From a virus (taxonomy: Duplodnaviria > Caudoviricetes), in IMG/VR virus record IMGVR_UViG_3300020042_002812, positions 1-25,599 of that record: a DNA stretch of 25,599 nt. One strand, given 5' to 3'. This document shows, piece after piece, positions 24,316 through 25,599 of this stretch. The notes beneath the pieces are model-generated. The model worked only from the letters and a program-made list of their open reading frames with translations, ran no database searches and had not been told where the DNA came from. The position numbers were made by a program, and so were the translations under genes. The number at the start of each line of letters is the position of its first letter. The stretch's first letter is position 1.

Positions 24316-25599
24316 AACTATCAGAGTATGAGTGGCCCCGGCCTCCGGGGTTTACCCCTTTCGCGCATCAGAAGCAAACATCCGAGTTCCTATTAGCAAA
24401 CCCCAAAGCCTTCTGCTTTAACGAGCAGGGTACAGGCAAGACAGCATCAGTGATTTGGGCTGTTGACTATTTGATGCAACGAGGCTTAATCAAGCGTGTG
24501 TTAGTGGTATGCCCACTGTCCATCATGAAGTCTGCATGGCAGGGTGACCTGTTCAAGTTTGCTATACATCGTACAGTTGCTATAGCTCACGGCAGTGCAG
24601 CAAAGCGCAAAGAGATCATCAACAACGGCGCGGAGTTCGTCATCATCAATTTTGATGGTGTTGGCGTTGTCAAGAAGGAAATTCTTGCCGGTGAGTTTGA
24701 CCTGATCGTAGTGGACGAGGCATCAGCCTACAAGAACGCACAGACTGCGCGTTGGAAAGACATGCGTGACTTGAACAAAGTCATCAAGGGTTTATGGATG
24801 CTTACAGGCACACCTGCTGCCCAGTCCCCAGTAGATGCGTACGGCCTAGCTAAGTTGATAAACCCCACAGCAGTGTCACCGTTCTTTGGTCATTTCAAGG
24901 ACACGGTAATGAATAAAGTCAGCACGTTTAGGTGGGTGCCTAAACCTAATGCTATGACGCTAGTACACAGTATCCTCCAGCCCGCTATACGCTTTGAGAA
25001 AGCACAGTGTCTTGACCTACCTCCGTTAACTTTTGTTGAGCGTGAGTCCATCATGTCCCCCCAGCAAGTTAAGTACTACAACGTGCTAAAAAAACAGATG
25101 CTGATTGAAGCCGACGGGGAAGAAATTAGCGCGGTTAACGCTGCGGTACAGATCAACAAGCTGCTGCAAATAGCTGGTGGCGCTGTGTATACGGACACAG
25201 GTGAAGTGCTTGAGTTTGATGTGACCAACCGCCTCAAAGTGGTGCAGGAAGTTATCGAAGAGTCGAGCCACAAAGTGCTGGTATTTATACCGTTCACGCA
25301 CACTATTGAGCTACTGCAAAAGCACCTGAACAAGCACAACATATCGTGTGACGTTATCAATGGTAAGGTAAGCGTAAATCAACGCGCCGACATAGTTAAA
25401 CGGTTCCAAGAACAACCCGAGCCTAAGGTTCTTCTGATACAACCAAAGGCCGCAGCGCACGGGTTAACCCTTACTGCTGCCAACACAATCATATGGTACG
25501 CTCCTTGTACCAGCGTGGAAACGTACCTTCAAGCCAATGCACGGATTGATCGCCCCGGACAGGTGAACAACATGACCATCGTGCATATCACAGGCAGTC
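24312..25599 (+). CDS. SNF2-family (superfamily 2) helicase; 3' end lies outside the window
   Basis: Not in the ORF track (open at the edge). Read by hand: MKLSEYEWPRPPGFTPFAHQ...NEQGTGKT...VVCP...VDEAS...LTGTP...GLTLTAA...QANARIDRPGQ. Confidence 0.92.
   Translation, partial: MKLSEYEWPRPPGFTPFAHQKQTSEFLLANPKAFCFNEQGTGKTASVIWAVDYLMQRGLIKRVLVVCPLSIMKSAWQGDLFKFAIHRTVAIAHGSAAKRKEIINNGAEFVIINFDGVGVVKKEILAGEFDLIVVDEASAYKNAQTARWKDMRDLNKVIKGLWMLTGTPAAQSPVDAYGLAKLINPTAVSPFFGHFKDTVMNKVSTFRWVPKPNAMTLVHSILQPAIRFEKAQCLDLPPLTFVERESIMSPQQVKYYNVLKKQMLIEADGEEISAVNAAVQINKLLQIAGGAVYTDTGEVLEFDVTNRLKVVQEVIEESSHKVLVFIPFTHTIELLQKHLNKHNISCDVINGKVSVNQRADIVKRFQEQPEPKVLLIQPKAAAHGLTLTAANTIIWYAPCTSVETYLQANARIDRPGQVNNMTIVHITGS

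Noticed and set aside
1-25599. tRNA genes, integrase/att site, alternative genetic code
   Set aside because: I saw no cloverleaf or T-loop signature and no recombinase motifs, and genes tile the window densely under the standard code.

Overview
This is a 25.6-kb segment of a tailed dsDNA bacteriophage (Caudoviricetes, podovirus-like gene set), arranged as two divergent arms. The left arm (minus strand, 1-6909) is a head-assembly and packaging operon: putative small terminase, large terminase, portal, a GroES-like co-chaperonin, a scaffolding-like protein and the start of a further virion protein. The control region (about 6910-8640) holds divergent promoters, one self-contained gene and an AT-rich iteron/IHF array that looks like a replication origin. 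The right arm (plus strand) carries strings of small, translationally coupled early genes, two of them bounded by exact junction repeats. It also has a separately promoted operon (MoxR-like AAA+ ATPase, HExxH-vWA protein, DUF3150-like protein) and a replication module (VRR-NUC nuclease, family A DNA polymerase with Leu762, Cas4-like exonuclease, HNH protein, SNF2 helicase running off the window). I found no tRNA, CRISPR array or integrase. All family calls come from motif recognition by eye, not from database searches.
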